Shown here one piece after another: positions 31,656-42,192 of a stretch of DNA of 64,000 nt; positions within the stretch are counted from its first letter, which is position 1; the number at the start of each line of letters is the position of its first letter. Source of the stretch: Candidatus Gottesmanbacteria bacterium RIFCSPLOWO2_01_FULL_43_11b (lineage in GTDB: Bacteria > Patescibacteriota > Microgenomatia > UBA10105 > UBA927). A model generated the notes under the pieces. The model worked only from the letters and a program-made list of their open reading frames with translations, searched no databases and was not told the DNA's origin. The translations under genes and the position numbers were made by a program. The DNA lies in NCBI GenBank assembly GCA_001780985.1, contig MFJV01000001.1:300049-364048 (forward strand). Direction: 5' to 3'.

Positions 31656-33113
31656 TGCCGTAAGCGAAAGATCTGGATACGTTAGACCTTTTCCACTCTC
31701 CTGTTCTCCAACAAGTACGTAGGCCATGTTGTAGTTACGAAGAAACGCCCGTGCTTCGTTCTCGTTCATCGATCCTTCATAAAATTGTTTTGACATAGCG
31801 TCAAGTTTTGTAAATAGTGATTCATCCATTATGCGAAGCCAAAAACTCGTATAAACGCGGTTATTAGAAAATGCAGGAATGATCGCTCCCGCGTATGGTC
31901 CGGACAACACGCCGTCGCTCTCCGTTGTGTTGTCGCGCAGCCAAAAAATGGCGTCCATAAGATCCTTCTTCGGGTAACCATAGTCGGAAAACTGGACGTT
32001 GCAGAAACAAACTCTCGTGTAATTGATGCTTGCACCGTAGGAAATAAAACTGCTTCCCAATGCGAGAATTGCAAATAATAGTATTATTAGAGGTTTAAAA
32101 CGTCGAATTCCCATATACGCAAGAATTCCAAAAACCACAAAATACGGTCCGAAGAAAAATCTGGAGGCATTGACGGAGAGAATGTTTGACAAAATGAGGG
32201 CGCCAAGCGGATGAACGATAATCCACGGTAAAAACAGTAGGTGGAGCGGATTTTTTTTCTTGAGAATCTCCGGAATTGAGAACAGTGAGAAGATAAATAT
32301 GGATCCTACTGCAAAAAAATACTGGAAAATATTCAATCTAAACGGAACTATGTTTTCGGTTTTCACAAAGAGATTAAGGTCCCAAAATTGAGAAACGTAT
32401 CGGATGTATACAATAGGAAGTAAACTTATTATTGAATACAAAATGAGTGCACCTCGGGATTGTTTTTTATAGAAAAATAAGAGCCAAAGTGAGCCAATAA
32501 CCAGGATCATCGACGGTGTGTAGACGAAAGTTCCGACAAATCCGAAGACTGTTGCGATAACAAATCGCGACCGAGACAAAAAGTACATGGATAAAAGCGG
32601 CAAAATAATGCCGAGGAGGTAATGCGGAGCTGCTGTTGTAAGCCGTTGAAAAACCAATGTATCGCCCGGCATTGAATCCATAATTCTCATCGGCCACGTA
32701 TTCCACGGCTCCGTGATTCCTGTTGCGAAAAAAATAAAAAGAAGAGGAAGTAGAGAAAAATTTGCCATCCGCAGTATTATTCCGATTGCTGCAATCGACA
32801 AGATAGCCCGTATTACATAATAAGTAACGATCGGATCGGTATGTATAACTCGTGCAATGTGTCCGATGAGGATATATTCAAATTTTAAGAATGTTGATTT
32901 TCCGGAAACCGCAGTTGTTTTGTTTGGACTCCTGGTCCAGCGCCCCGCAAAGCCCTGTCTCACTGTATCAAAATTTCCCAACACATCAATAGCGTTATCA
33001 ACCGATCCGAAATAGTAGCGATCCGGTGGTGTATTTTTGAAATTCTGAAATAAACCGTAGTAGGGAATAAAAAAAAGAACGAATATCAAAGCTAGATATT
33101 TATATTTTCCCAT
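31611..33113 (-). CDS. Polytopic GT-C-like membrane protein (D......RQG family)
   Basis: D..G.FD.VRQG..G; PHY; AIFWLRDNT..IPAFSNNRVY. Confidence 0.65.
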   Translation of the reverse strand: MGKYKYLALIFVLFFIPYYGLFQNFKNTPPDRYYFGSVDNAIDVLGNFDTVRQGFAGRWTRSPNKTTAVSGKSTFLKFEYILIGHIARVIHTDPIVTYYVIRAILSIAAIGIILRMANFSLLPLLFIFFATGITEPWNTWPMRIMDSMPGDTLVFQRLTTAAPHYLLGIILPLLSMYFLSRSRFVIATVFGFVGTFVYTPSMILVIGSLWLLFFYKKQSRGALILYSIISLLPIVYIRYVSQFWDLNLFVKTENIVPFRLNIFQYFFAVGSIFIFSLFSIPEILKKKNPLHLLFLPWIIVHPLGALILSNILSVNASRFFFGPYFVVFGILAYMGIRRFKPLIILLFAILALGSSFISYGASINYTRVCFCNVQFSDYGYPKKDLMDAIFWLRDNTTESDGVLSGPYAGAIIPAFSNNRVYTSFWLRIMDESLFTKLDAMSKQFYEGSMNENEARAFLRNYNMAYVLVGEQESGKGLTYPDLSLTASFGSVRLYKFINTD

Positions 33114-34626
33114 AAATAATGACATGAATTTTTAATTCATCGAAGAGTTTTTCAGTAATCTTCATGAGTGTTTTATCCTGACTCCTGTAACGGATATTAG
33201 AGAGCTGCCATGTGTTGTGTTTGATGTAATCGGCCGTATAGTAACGGGATTGCGGCAGGACTTCAATAGTTACCGTGTATGACGAGTATGGTGAGGGTAA
33301 CTGAGTGTTCTTTTCCCTTTCTAATGCCAACACCATATCCAAATAGCCCGGAGATAATTCGTTGAAGTATCCATCGACCCAGACAGGTTTGCCTAAATCA
33401 ATCGACCGGGCGATGAAATCGGCAACATCCTGCGGTTTTTCTTCATTGGGAAGGGCTAGAGGCATCTGCCAGCGCCTCACGTCGTATACATAAAACGTCT
33501 CTTCATACGCCCGCTGGTTAAAAAGAGGTGTCCGAAATGCATGAACTCCTAGAGCGTACACAAAATTCGGAAGATTGAAGAGGTCTATGAAAATTTTAAT
33601 TCCCAAGACTCCGAAGAGCACTCTTTTCCACGTAATTTTTAGTTTGTACGAAACCAGGAATTTGCTTGTCAGAAGAAACAATAACGGCACAGTCGATGCA
33701 ATGTAGCGTTCCTGAAGATTGTTGTGGTGAATAGTTGCCAGAATTATATTGCCTATAAAAATAAACCATACCACCCGCACTTTGTAGTCCTTGAAATATA
33801 AAAGTGATCCCACAATGGAAAAGAGCAGGACCATTCCGATAATCAGTGAGACGCTGTACGTTAAAAGAATCGCCATCGGGTAGTACGTTAATGCCTGCCC
33901 TACCGTGGCAATGGAATACGGAACTGGATCTGTTACAGCGCGGATAAATCCGGGTATTTTATATGCCGGGTATGACATCCACAATGCAAACATAACCCCT
34001 GTGACTCCAAAAATTAGAACGTGAGATTTCAACAAGCGCGAATACAGTGCTTCGAGCATAAAACCCGCCACAACAAGAATTCCCAGATTATATTTGGCTA
34101 TAAGCACACCAAAAAGTGCAAGCCCAACGATTACATAACTTCGTACAGTTCTCTTATCGCGCGCCTGATAATACAGAAGTATAGAAAGTAACGTCATTGT
34201 TATAGATATTCCCTCCCGCATAAAAAGCATATGAAGAAGGAGAAGAAGTGGACTGAAAATAAAAAGAAATGAACTAAGCAATCCTCCACGAGTCGAGCGC
34301 GTTAGTTGTCTGCCGAGGAGATACATCAAAACGCTCGACAGAACAAACCAGATAAGGTTCACGCGGCGCGCCATTTCAAAAGAAAAGCCAGTGAGAAGAA
34401 AAAGAAGACTCGACACCATAGGTAAAAGCGGTGGGTACCCTGTTTGATTAATCGCAAACCTAACGTACGACCCAAAATCTCCATCGCGAAGGTACGTATA
34501 CATAGTATACGCATGGCTCATGTGCGTCCCCTCATCCCACACAACAATCGCCTTAGGTAGGTACTCGTAGGAAAGAAAGAAAGACACAAGGAGAGAAAAA
34601 ATGATGACAAAAACGATGTTTCTCAT
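33100..34626 (-). CDS. ArnT/PMT-like membrane glycosyltransferase
   Basis: WDEGTH, YPPL, AKYN, QERY. Confidence 0.78.
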   Translation of the reverse strand: MRNIVFVIIFSLLVSFFLSYEYLPKAIVVWDEGTHMSHAYTMYTYLRDGDFGSYVRFAINQTGYPPLLPMVSSLLFLLTGFSFEMARRVNLIWFVLSSVLMYLLGRQLTRSTRGGLLSSFLFIFSPLLLLLHMLFMREGISITMTLLSILLYYQARDKRTVRSYVIVGLALFGVLIAKYNLGILVVAGFMLEALYSRLLKSHVLIFGVTGVMFALWMSYPAYKIPGFIRAVTDPVPYSIATVGQALTYYPMAILLTYSVSLIIGMVLLFSIVGSLLYFKDYKVRVVWFIFIGNIILATIHHNNLQERYIASTVPLLFLLTSKFLVSYKLKITWKRVLFGVLGIKIFIDLFNLPNFVYALGVHAFRTPLFNQRAYEETFYVYDVRRWQMPLALPNEEKPQDVADFIARSIDLGKPVWVDGYFNELSPGYLDMVLALEREKNTQLPSPYSSYTVTIEVLPQSRYYTADYIKHNTWQLSNIRYRSQDKTLMKITEKLFDELKIHVIIYGKI

Positions 34627-34634
34627 ACACTATT

Positions 34635-34643
34635 TGATATAAT
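34635..34643 (+). promoter_or_regulatory. Extended -10 TGATATAAT
   Basis: In the 32-nt divergent gap, 15 nt before ATG 34659. Confidence 0.5.
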
Positions 34644-34658
34644 GCTTCCGATTGATAT

Positions 34659-35399
34659 ATGCAAATGTACGATCTTTTTCTCACTCATGAACATTCCCGG
34701 CTCATTGCCTCTATTCTGACCCGTTTTAACAGTAACATACTCTCCTACCTCCTTACGTATTTTCGGAAAAACCAAAGCCTCTCAATATTGGAAATCGGAC
34801 CGGGAAAAGGATATTTCTATCGGGCAACACGCAAATACCCGCGTATTACGTATTATGCATTTGACCGAAATATCACAATACTTAAAAATCTTCACATTAC
34901 AAGAATTTATCTTGGAGAGGCGCCAAAGCTTATTAACTTTAAGAAAAAGTTTCATGTCATCTACATTGCATACGTCATTGAACATCTCCAAGATGGTGTT
35001 GCAGTCTATGAGCTTATTAAAAACTGTAAAAAATACCTCTACCCAGGCAGCATTATCGTTATGCTTGCGCCCAATACAATGAGTCAGGGAATGGAATTTT
35101 GGAATGAAGATTACACACATACCTACCCCACGACCAAACGAAATGTTGCAATGGCATTTGCTGATAATGGCATGACAGACCTCACTGTCCTCGACTTTAA
35201 CGACATGGCGTTATGGCTTGCGAGCAACCCCGTTTTGTGGAAATGGATTGCGGTAACCTGTAAAATAATTTTTTACTTCTTCAATTACCGCGCTTTTCAC
35301 CTGCTCACAAACCAAAAGGAATATGATCTTAACAGCTTTTTCTATCGTCTCTACCTCTTTTGTAAAGCGCAGAATATCCTCTTTGTCGCCCGATCATGA
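34659..35399 (+). CDS. Class I SAM methyltransferase
   Basis: LEIGPGKG, VIEHL, DYTH. Confidence 0.88.
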   Translation: MQMYDLFLTHEHSRLIASILTRFNSNILSYLLTYFRKNQSLSILEIGPGKGYFYRATRKYPRITYYAFDRNITILKNLHITRIYLGEAPKLINFKKKFHVIYIAYVIEHLQDGVAVYELIKNCKKYLYPGSIIVMLAPNTMSQGMEFWNEDYTHTYPTTKRNVAMAFADNGMTDLTVLDFNDMALWLASNPVLWKWIAVTCKIIFYFFNYRAFHLLTNQKEYDLNSFFYRLYLFCKAQNILFVARS

Positions 35400-36358
35400 C
35401 TAAAAAAACACTCGTCTCTGTTATCCTCCCCTGCCTCAATGAGAAAAAAACCATTGAACGGTGTATTACATGGGCAAAACAAGGGCTTCGAAAATTAGCG
35501 CAACGCTATAAAAGCGAAATCATTGTCGTTGATAATGGTTCGACTGATCGATCCCGAAGTTTGGCCAGACGAGCCGGAGCAAAAGTAGTAGTTGAAAAAA
35601 GAAGGGGGTATGGAAGTGCATATAAAGCCGGTCTTGCTGCTTCTCATGGGACGTACATAATCATTGGAGATAGCGACGGAACGTACGATTTTCGCCAAAT
35701 ACCCAGATTTATTCGGGAACTAGAAAAGGGAGCAGACTTGGTGCTCGGATCAAGACTCACAGGTACGGTCTCTCCCGGTGCAATGCCCTTTACACATCGC
35801 TATTTGGGTAATCCCATTCTCACATCACTTCTTAATATATTTTATGCACGGCGCTTATCTGATTCGCAAACAGGTTTTCGAGCATTTACAAAAAGAGTTT
35901 CAAAAATTCTCAACCTTCAAAGTAATGGCATGGAATTTGCATCGGAAATGATCGTTAAGGCAATCTATCATCAGCTCAATATTTCTGAAGTTCCCATTCG
36001 CTATTTCCGCCGTAGCGGAAATTCAAAACTCCTCCCCCTCTCCGATGCATGGCGCCATATAAAGTTTTTGATTCTCTACACCCCTACCTACGCATTCATC
36101 ATCCCAGGTCTGGTTTTTCTCGTTATAGACCCATACATTGGCATCCAGCTTGTCATGCTGGGAGTATTTGCAAAAGTGTACACGAATAAACAATTGAACC
36201 TCCCAAGTGGACCGCTGGCTCGTTTTCTCATCTCGCACTTAACTGTTGAACGATTGTTTATTGCAGGCGTTATTCTTCTTCTTGTCCCGGAATTTCGACT
36301 CATTGGCGTACAACTCATATTCACATCTTTTTTCTATGGCCTCCTCAAAGAGTCGTAA
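35396..36358 (+). CDS. GT2 (DPM-synthase-like) with C-terminal TMs
   Basis: LPCLNE, VDNGSTD, GDSDGTY, GMEFASEM. Confidence 0.92.
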   Translation: MTKKTLVSVILPCLNEKKTIERCITWAKQGLRKLAQRYKSEIIVVDNGSTDRSRSLARRAGAKVVVEKRRGYGSAYKAGLAASHGTYIIIGDSDGTYDFRQIPRFIRELEKGADLVLGSRLTGTVSPGAMPFTHRYLGNPILTSLLNIFYARRLSDSQTGFRAFTKRVSKILNLQSNGMEFASEMIVKAIYHQLNISEVPIRYFRRSGNSKLLPLSDAWRHIKFLILYTPTYAFIIPGLVFLVIDPYIGIQLVMLGVFAKVYTNKQLNLPSGPLARFLISHLTVERLFIAGVILLLVPEFRLIGVQLIFTSFFYGLLKES

Positions 36359-37361
36359 ATTAAATATTCTCATTGTGATTGAATATTTTGCTCCGCATAT
36401 TGGGGGTGTCGAGCGAGTGATGGAAGAAGTGGGAAAAAGGCTCGTCAAATACGGCCACAACGTATATGTGTTGACAACAAAAGAAAAAACTTCAGTTCCG
36501 TACCATGGGATGAACGTTACGCGCCTTGCCCTTCAAAACCGGTATCTTTTTGCTCTCGCTATCCTGCCGGTGCTTTTTTTGAAATTTCGTAATGTCGATA
36601 TTGTCCATAGTGCCAATAATTATTCTGTCGCCTTACCCGCCTGGATATTCGCGCGAGTAACCGGCAAAAAAATCACGATGTCCGTTTGGGAGATATGGGG
36701 AAACATGTGGTTTCGACTTCTCCCAACGACCGGATTTTTACATCTTTTATACGAGCGCCTCATTGTCAATCTCCCATTCAATGCGCTCTTTGTCCCATCG
36801 AAATTTGTTGTTCATCAACTTCCTAAAAAACCAGCTATTTTCGCACCTTTAGCCGGTAAAAATCTGAGGTTTTCTGCTACGGGGAGAACAAATCTTCGAA
36901 AACGATTGGGGTATGCAAAAAATTACGTTTTCTTGTATTTCGGCCGACTTGGGCTGTCAAAAGGAGTTGATATTCTAGAGACTGTATTTAATAAAATTCA
37001 TAATAAATATCCTCATACCAGACTTTACGTGGCAAAAAATATACCTGAAGATCAACTTGCAAACTATCTTTCAATGAGCGACTGCGTTGTTATCCCCGAT
37101 ATAAGAGCCTCCTTCGGTCTCAACGCTCTGGAGGCATCTGAAATAGGAAGACCAATTGTCACAACAACAGCCGGAGCACTGCCGGAAGTTGTTTTTGGAC
37201 GGGTTGTTTTTGCTAAACCCGGATCAGTACTAAGCCTCGTTAAGGCAATGGAGCAATCAATTCAAAAAAAGTTCTTGATTATTCCGAGGAAACGGTTTTC
37301 TTGGGAAAAAACCGCGCGTATCTATGAAAACGTTCTAGCCCGTACGCCGCCCACAATATAA
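36336..37361 (+). CDS. GT4 glycosyltransferase
   Basis: PHIGGVE, YFGRL..KG, SFGLNALEA..G.P, GALPEV. Confidence 0.9.
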   Translation: MASSKSRKLNILIVIEYFAPHIGGVERVMEEVGKRLVKYGHNVYVLTTKEKTSVPYHGMNVTRLALQNRYLFALAILPVLFLKFRNVDIVHSANNYSVALPAWIFARVTGKKITMSVWEIWGNMWFRLLPTTGFLHLLYERLIVNLPFNALFVPSKFVVHQLPKKPAIFAPLAGKNLRFSATGRTNLRKRLGYAKNYVFLYFGRLGLSKGVDILETVFNKIHNKYPHTRLYVAKNIPEDQLANYLSMSDCVVIPDIRASFGLNALEASEIGRPIVTTTAGALPEVVFGRVVFAKPGSVLSLVKAMEQSIQKKFLIIPRKRFSWEKTARIYENVLARTPPTI

Positions 37362-38463
37362 TGATCGGGTAGGCCGGAATCGTCAACCGCGATTCGCTAA
37401 TCACAAGACCGAACACAAGAGAAAGCGCCGTAAAATAAATGAGTGAAAAAACCACAATTGGTTTTCGTGCAAAACGTGCGATACCAATGATAAATAGTGC
37501 AATCAGCGAGATATTTATTATACGAAGAAATTGGGTATCCTTCGGATAGAATGGGTCGATAAAGAGTAAGAGAAATCGTTTGTCCCATAAATAGATAATA
37601 TTTTGTATAGTGTTTTGGATAAAAATAGGCCACTCCCCCTTCATACGCTCTTTGAATTTCTCCGTATATTTTTGATCGTATTCATGCATGAGTTCCGGTT
37701 TTGTATCAACATATCGATAGTATTCATCTGTGGCGTTGCGCCATTCGTCCGAAAGCGTTGAAAAATCACTCACAAGCTCCGGATAGCGGCCGACGGAAAA
37801 ACTTGCGTAGAGCATGCCACCTGCCGTGCGGTACGGCGGGATCACGCTCACTTTTTGGAATACGGCGTAATTAGCAAACAACGCATACAAAGACACTATA
37901 AAAAAACCAAGAAACGCTAAGACGAGTCGTTTCGGTCGTAAGCCAATGGTAACAAGTGCCACAATGGGAATGAAAAAAACGTACGCAATTTTTATTTGAA
38001 TCAAATACCCAAATAAAGCGCCAAAAAGAAGCCAATGCCACCACGCCGGGCGGCTAACAAGGAGATATGCAATGAGACTAACAACAAAAACAAGAAGCGT
38101 TTCTCCTAAAAGAAGCCCTGTGTAGGCACTCGTAAATGGATTGAGCATGTAGAGAATAAAAGCGATGCGGGATACTTTTGCTCCAAATAGGTTTTTGGCA
38201 CAAGCCGCGATAAGAAGCCCGCTGACGAGATCTAAAAGTACCTGAATCAGTCTCACGGCAAAAAAATTATCCATGCCGAATATGCTGTAGATAAGGGAAA
38301 GAAACAGCGGATAACCGGCTCCGTGATTACAACAGTGCGCAGCCCACTCCCCTCTCAAAATGGCGTGTGCAAGCTCATTGTAGGCGGCCATATCCCAAAA
38401 AACCCTGTATTGGGGTATACTTGCTAGAAATAGCCGCCAAAGGAAACCGATAATGAAAAACAT
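37279..38463 (-). CDS. ArnT/PMT-like membrane glycosyltransferase
   Basis: D...Y..LA, GYPLFL, NPFTSAY.G..L.E; start ATG 38463. Confidence 0.78.
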   Translation of the reverse strand: MFFIIGFLWRLFLASIPQYRVFWDMAAYNELAHAILRGEWAAHCCNHGAGYPLFLSLIYSIFGMDNFFAVRLIQVLLDLVSGLLIAACAKNLFGAKVSRIAFILYMLNPFTSAYTGLLLGETLLVFVVSLIAYLLVSRPAWWHWLLFGALFGYLIQIKIAYVFFIPIVALVTIGLRPKRLVLAFLGFFIVSLYALFANYAVFQKVSVIPPYRTAGGMLYASFSVGRYPELVSDFSTLSDEWRNATDEYYRYVDTKPELMHEYDQKYTEKFKERMKGEWPIFIQNTIQNIIYLWDKRFLLLFIDPFYPKDTQFLRIINISLIALFIIGIARFARKPIVVFSLIYFTALSLVFGLVISESRLTIPAYPIIILWAAYGLERFHRYARFFPKKTVSSE

Positions 38464-39145
38464 CTCAATGGTGATTCCCTTATATAATAACGACACCACC
38501 CTCGTCAAAGAGATACGTGCGTGTCTTTCGATTCTCAAAAAACACACCTCTCGACATGAAATTGTCGTGTGTGATGATGGAAGTACGGACCGATCTGCGA
38601 ATTTACTAAAAAAACATTTTGGTAAAAATCCACGCGTCCGACTCCTCTTCCATAAAAAGAATCTTGGGATCGCACCCACCCTGCGACAACTCTACCGAGA
38701 GGCACGGTATGACTACATTTTTCTTTATAGTGTCGATGGTGACTGGAAAACAGAAGACATCGTCAGAATGCTCTCTACTCTTGATAAAACACGTGCTGAC
38801 ATCGTCACCGGAGTCCGTTCACAAACAAATTACACCGCTTACCGAAGAATTGTTTCGTTTTTCTATAACCTCCTCCCCTGGCTTCTTTTTGGCGTCAAAA
38901 CGTACGATGCCGGAAGCATAAAAATAATAAAGAAATCCGTTTTCGAAAGCATCAAACTCTCATCCAAGAGTGTCTTTTTTGAAGCAGAGCTCATCATAAA
39001 AGCAGTAAAAAAGGGAGCAAACATTGCGACAGTTCATAATATCCATTACCATAAGCAAAATCCCGCGGCAGGACGCGGAGGAAGGCTAACAAGCGTTGTA
39101 CAGTCATTTTCTGATATGATCCGCTTGAGACTGACTCAACTATGA
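38453..39145 (+). CDS. GT2 glycosyltransferase
   Basis: [22 protein letters not shown]. Confidence 0.88.
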   Translation: MKNISMVIPLYNNDTTLVKEIRACLSILKKHTSRHEIVVCDDGSTDRSANLLKKHFGKNPRVRLLFHKKNLGIAPTLRQLYREARYDYIFLYSVDGDWKTEDIVRMLSTLDKTRADIVTGVRSQTNYTAYRRIVSFFYNLLPWLLFGVKTYDAGSIKIIKKSVFESIKLSSKSVFFEAELIIKAVKKGANIATVHNIHYHKQNPAAGRGGRLTSVVQSFSDMIRLRLTQL

Positions 39146-39630
39146 AACGCGTAAAAATTTACCATCCAGAACTGGTGTCGATTACCGGCGCTCATATTGG
39201 CGCAGGCACAAAAATTCATCCATTTGTTGTCATACAACCAGGTGTACGAATTGGCAAAAATTGTAAAATAGAGCCATTTGCGTTTATCCCCGAGGGAATT
39301 ACGATAGAAGACGAAGTCTTCATAGGCCCACACGTCTGTTTTATCAACGACAAATACCCCAGAGCAACTAGCCCTGACGGAAGCCTCAAAAAATCAGGTG
39401 ACTGGAAAAATCTGCCAACTCGAGTTAAAAAGGGCGCTTCTATCGGGTCAAATGCCACCCTCCTCTGCGGTATAACTATTGGCGAGTATGCCATGGTCGG
39501 AGCCGGATCGGTCGTAACCCGTGATGTTCCGGGTTATACAGTGGTTGTCGGTAACCCCGCCCGCGCAATTAAAACTATTGATGAACCAATGGGAAAACGG
39601 AACCGCAGAAAAAAAGGTAATTCCAGGTAA
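39142..39630 (+). CDS. LbH N-acyltransferase (WxcM/WlbB-like)
   Basis: [32 protein letters not shown]. Confidence 0.9.
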   Translation: MKRVKIYHPELVSITGAHIGAGTKIHPFVVIQPGVRIGKNCKIEPFAFIPEGITIEDEVFIGPHVCFINDKYPRATSPDGSLKKSGDWKNLPTRVKKGASIGSNATLLCGITIGEYAMVGAGSVVTRDVPGYTVVVGNPARAIKTIDEPMGKRNRRKKGNSR

Positions 39631-40280
39631 GAGAGAAAGAGAAAAAAAGAATTTATAATTTTGGGGGGAACGGACAGATACTCTGAAAGCTTCTTCTTCC
39701 TTGATCTAAAAATAATAAAAAACGGCAATGTGAACATTTGCCAATAATTCCAATACAAAACATTAAACCCTGCCTTGTTTACGACGTCTAATAGTTTTGA
39801 TATTTCATATCTTCGCTTGTGACCGGCATATTCATCGAGACTGTTCCAAAGCCACATACCAGAGGGAGCCGTGAGAAAAAGTAGACCATTAGGTTTAAGA
39901 AGCTGATAGCATTTCGCAAGAAATTTACGATCATCGCTTTGATGTTCAAGCACATCGAATGCGCCAATGGCATCATATTGCTTGCCCGGAATAAATGAGT
40001 AGAGTGAGCTTCGGTAAAACTTTGCGTGTACGCGTCGTTTTGCAATACTAACCGCTTCGGCGTTCACGTCTACACCCTCAACGTTTAAACCTAATGAAGC
40101 AAGTTGGGCAAGCACCACTCCTGTTCCAAAACCAACCTCTAAAAACGTTTTCCCGGCTCTTTTTGGTATAAAACGATCTACGATGTGTGCGAGAAGACGG
40201 TTCCTGCTTTGAAACCAAAAATGCTCTCTCTCCATTTTGACGATGAGATCATAGTGACTTGTTTTATACGTTTTTGACAT
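39534..40280 (-). CDS. Class I SAM methyltransferase
   Basis: [26 protein letters not shown]. Confidence 0.9.
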   Translation of the reverse strand: MSKTYKTSHYDLIVKMEREHFWFQSRNRLLAHIVDRFIPKRAGKTFLEVGFGTGVVLAQLASLGLNVEGVDVNAEAVSIAKRRVHAKFYRSSLYSFIPGKQYDAIGAFDVLEHQSDDRKFLAKCYQLLKPNGLLFLTAPSGMWLWNSLDEYAGHKRRYEISKLLDVVNKAGFNVLYWNYWQMFTLPFFIIFRSRKKKLSEYLSVPPKIINSFFLFLSYLELPFFLRFRFPIGSSIVLIARAGLPTTTV

Positions 40281-42192
40281 ATACTAAACAGGCAAGCAGG
40301 CTCAATACGGATATCAATCCTCCAATAAGAAAGATTTTAGGAATATAGTAAATTCTTACTGTGTGCTTTCCATAGGGAATAAAAAGTGTCCTGAACGCTA
40401 GGTTTCCTTCGACGAGACTTGTTTTTGTTCCGTCAATTGTGGCTTCCCATCCGGGATACATAACCTCACTTGAAACAAGATATCCATCACACGGCGCTTC
40501 AACAGAAACAATGATTTCATTAGGGTTATATTTCTCAACACCCACTTTCCCGGTACACGTTTTATCCGGAGAAGGTAATGCATCCTGTATATATACCGTT
40601 GTCTTAAGATCTGCTACCCCACTCCGAATAAGAGAAGCAACATCGGAGCGAGGAAGAACCACTACTTTTGAAACAAAGAAAAAACGGGGAAGAAAACCGT
40701 CGTTTTTGCGAAACCCCGATGAATCAAAAACGTATTTTACATTTAAGAAATCGAGATAAGGTGAGGAAATATTTAGGTAAGGTACCTGCACATCGTGCTC
40801 GAGAATGCTCGGCGTCACATTTCCGTTGACTGCATCAATAAATTCATAGTAATTACGAAGTAACGTCGAGTCGTATCCTGTTGCATTATAAAACTTGTAG
40901 ATCATGCTGCTATCGAAATCCAAATCTTCGCGCGGAGGGACCCAGACGCCGAAATTGGGTAACATCCGAGTGAGTGTTTTTTCTTTTTGGAGTAGTTCGA
41001 CAAGCTCACTGCTATGGCGTGCTTCCGGTTGTTCTTTTACCTCAATAAAGTGACGACTAAAAACAATCATTTCAAAAACCGCAAAAAGCACAATAAGTTG
41101 TCGCAACCAACGATTCTTCACTAAAGAAAACCCAATTCCTGCAAGCAAACTTCCCCCAAAAGAAACGAGGATGAGATGGCGGGCCGGAATCCGAAGATAA
41201 TGATAGGCTGGTATGATCTCCCAGACGAGTTTATACAAGGGAGTAGCAAGGCTCATAAGTATCCCGAAGACTAAAATTATTAATGCAACTATTCCTTCTG
41301 TTTTACGCTTACTATTTAAAAGCACATACGCTCCACCTATCATGGCAAGAACAAATCCAATTCGTCCGAAAAAGAATGCATGCTCCCAGTAGTTAGGTGG
41401 TGCCCCACTATACGTATACTGATCACCTTGGAGATAGGGATTTACAACCTGCAGCAAATCAACCGGGGTTATTGCGCCGAAACTGCTCCAACTGTAAGGC
41501 TTTTCAAATGTGCGGATGCTTCGCCTCACAAATTCCTGCGTCGGGATAAGAGTGAATGCGGTTAGTCCCAGCGCCAAAAGAATACTAAGAATCAAGTGGA
41601 AGATATTCGTTTTTTTAATACAGGCGAAAATAAGCACTGCCTCAAGAGTTAGTATTGTCATCGTCTGGTAACCGGCTAACAGTTGCAGGGCAAGAATTAC
41701 CGAGGCGCAAACCCAGCTTGATGCGCGTTTCTTTTCCATCGCACGCACAAACATGTAGACGACAAGCGGCATGTAGGATGCGGAAGAAATAAGATCGATG
41801 TGCCCAGCATATATTCGACTTACAAAAAATCCCGACAATCCAAACAGCAAGCCGGCAAACCAAGACCTACTGAGTAAGTACATTCCGCTCATGGCTAGGA
41901 TGAGATGGAGTACAAAACTCACTGGATAGACGACGTTTGCCGGTAGTATGAAAAAGAGCCAGTTGATAGGATAAAACGCATTGGTAATCGGATTTGCCAA
42001 AAAGGGAGTTCCTGCAAAATTGTACGGATTCCACCACGGAATAAATCCTGATTTGATTGACGCTGTTAGATACTGGCTGAAAAAGTAGTAGGACCTGTGA
42101 ATGTCGTCCCCAAAAATAAGAGTACCGTTTGGAGCCGTAAATACCGTCCAAAATATAGTAACGACAATGATGATATACCCTAGAATGCCCAT
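40264..42192 (-). CDS. YfhO-family membrane protein (GT-C)
   Basis: PWWNPY.FAG.PFLAN, LR.PAR, YPGWEATIDG..G.H.V..Y. Confidence 0.85.
   Translation of the reverse strand: MGILGYIIIVVTIFWTVFTAPNGTLIFGDDIHRSYYFFSQYLTASIKSGFIPWWNPYNFAGTPFLANPITNAFYPINWLFFILPANVVYPVSFVLHLILAMSGMYLLSRSWFAGLLFGLSGFFVSRIYAGHIDLISSASYMPLVVYMFVRAMEKKRASSWVCASVILALQLLAGYQTMTILTLEAVLIFACIKKTNIFHLILSILLALGLTAFTLIPTQEFVRRSIRTFEKPYSWSSFGAITPVDLLQVVNPYLQGDQYTYSGAPPNYWEHAFFFGRIGFVLAMIGGAYVLLNSKRKTEGIVALIILVFGILMSLATPLYKLVWEIIPAYHYLRIPARHLILVSFGGSLLAGIGFSLVKNRWLRQLIVLFAVFEMIVFSRHFIEVKEQPEARHSSELVELLQKEKTLTRMLPNFGVWVPPREDLDFDSSMIYKFYNATGYDSTLLRNYYEFIDAVNGNVTPSILEHDVQVPYLNISSPYLDFLNVKYVFDSSGFRKNDGFLPRFFFVSKVVVLPRSDVASLIRSGVADLKTTVYIQDALPSPDKTCTGKVGVEKYNPNEIIVSVEAPCDGYLVSSEVMYPGWEATIDGTKTSLVEGNLAFRTLFIPYGKHTVRIYYIPKIFLIGGLISVLSLLACLVYVKNV

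Noticed and set aside
13098-32260. Poly-A/T tracts (8-9 nt) as phase-variation switches
   Set aside because: Mostly in-frame Lys/Phe codon runs expected at this base composition
38464-38679. N-terminal extension of ORF 37279..38679
   Set aside because: Antisense to the GT2 N-terminus; paralogs begin at the equivalent of 38463
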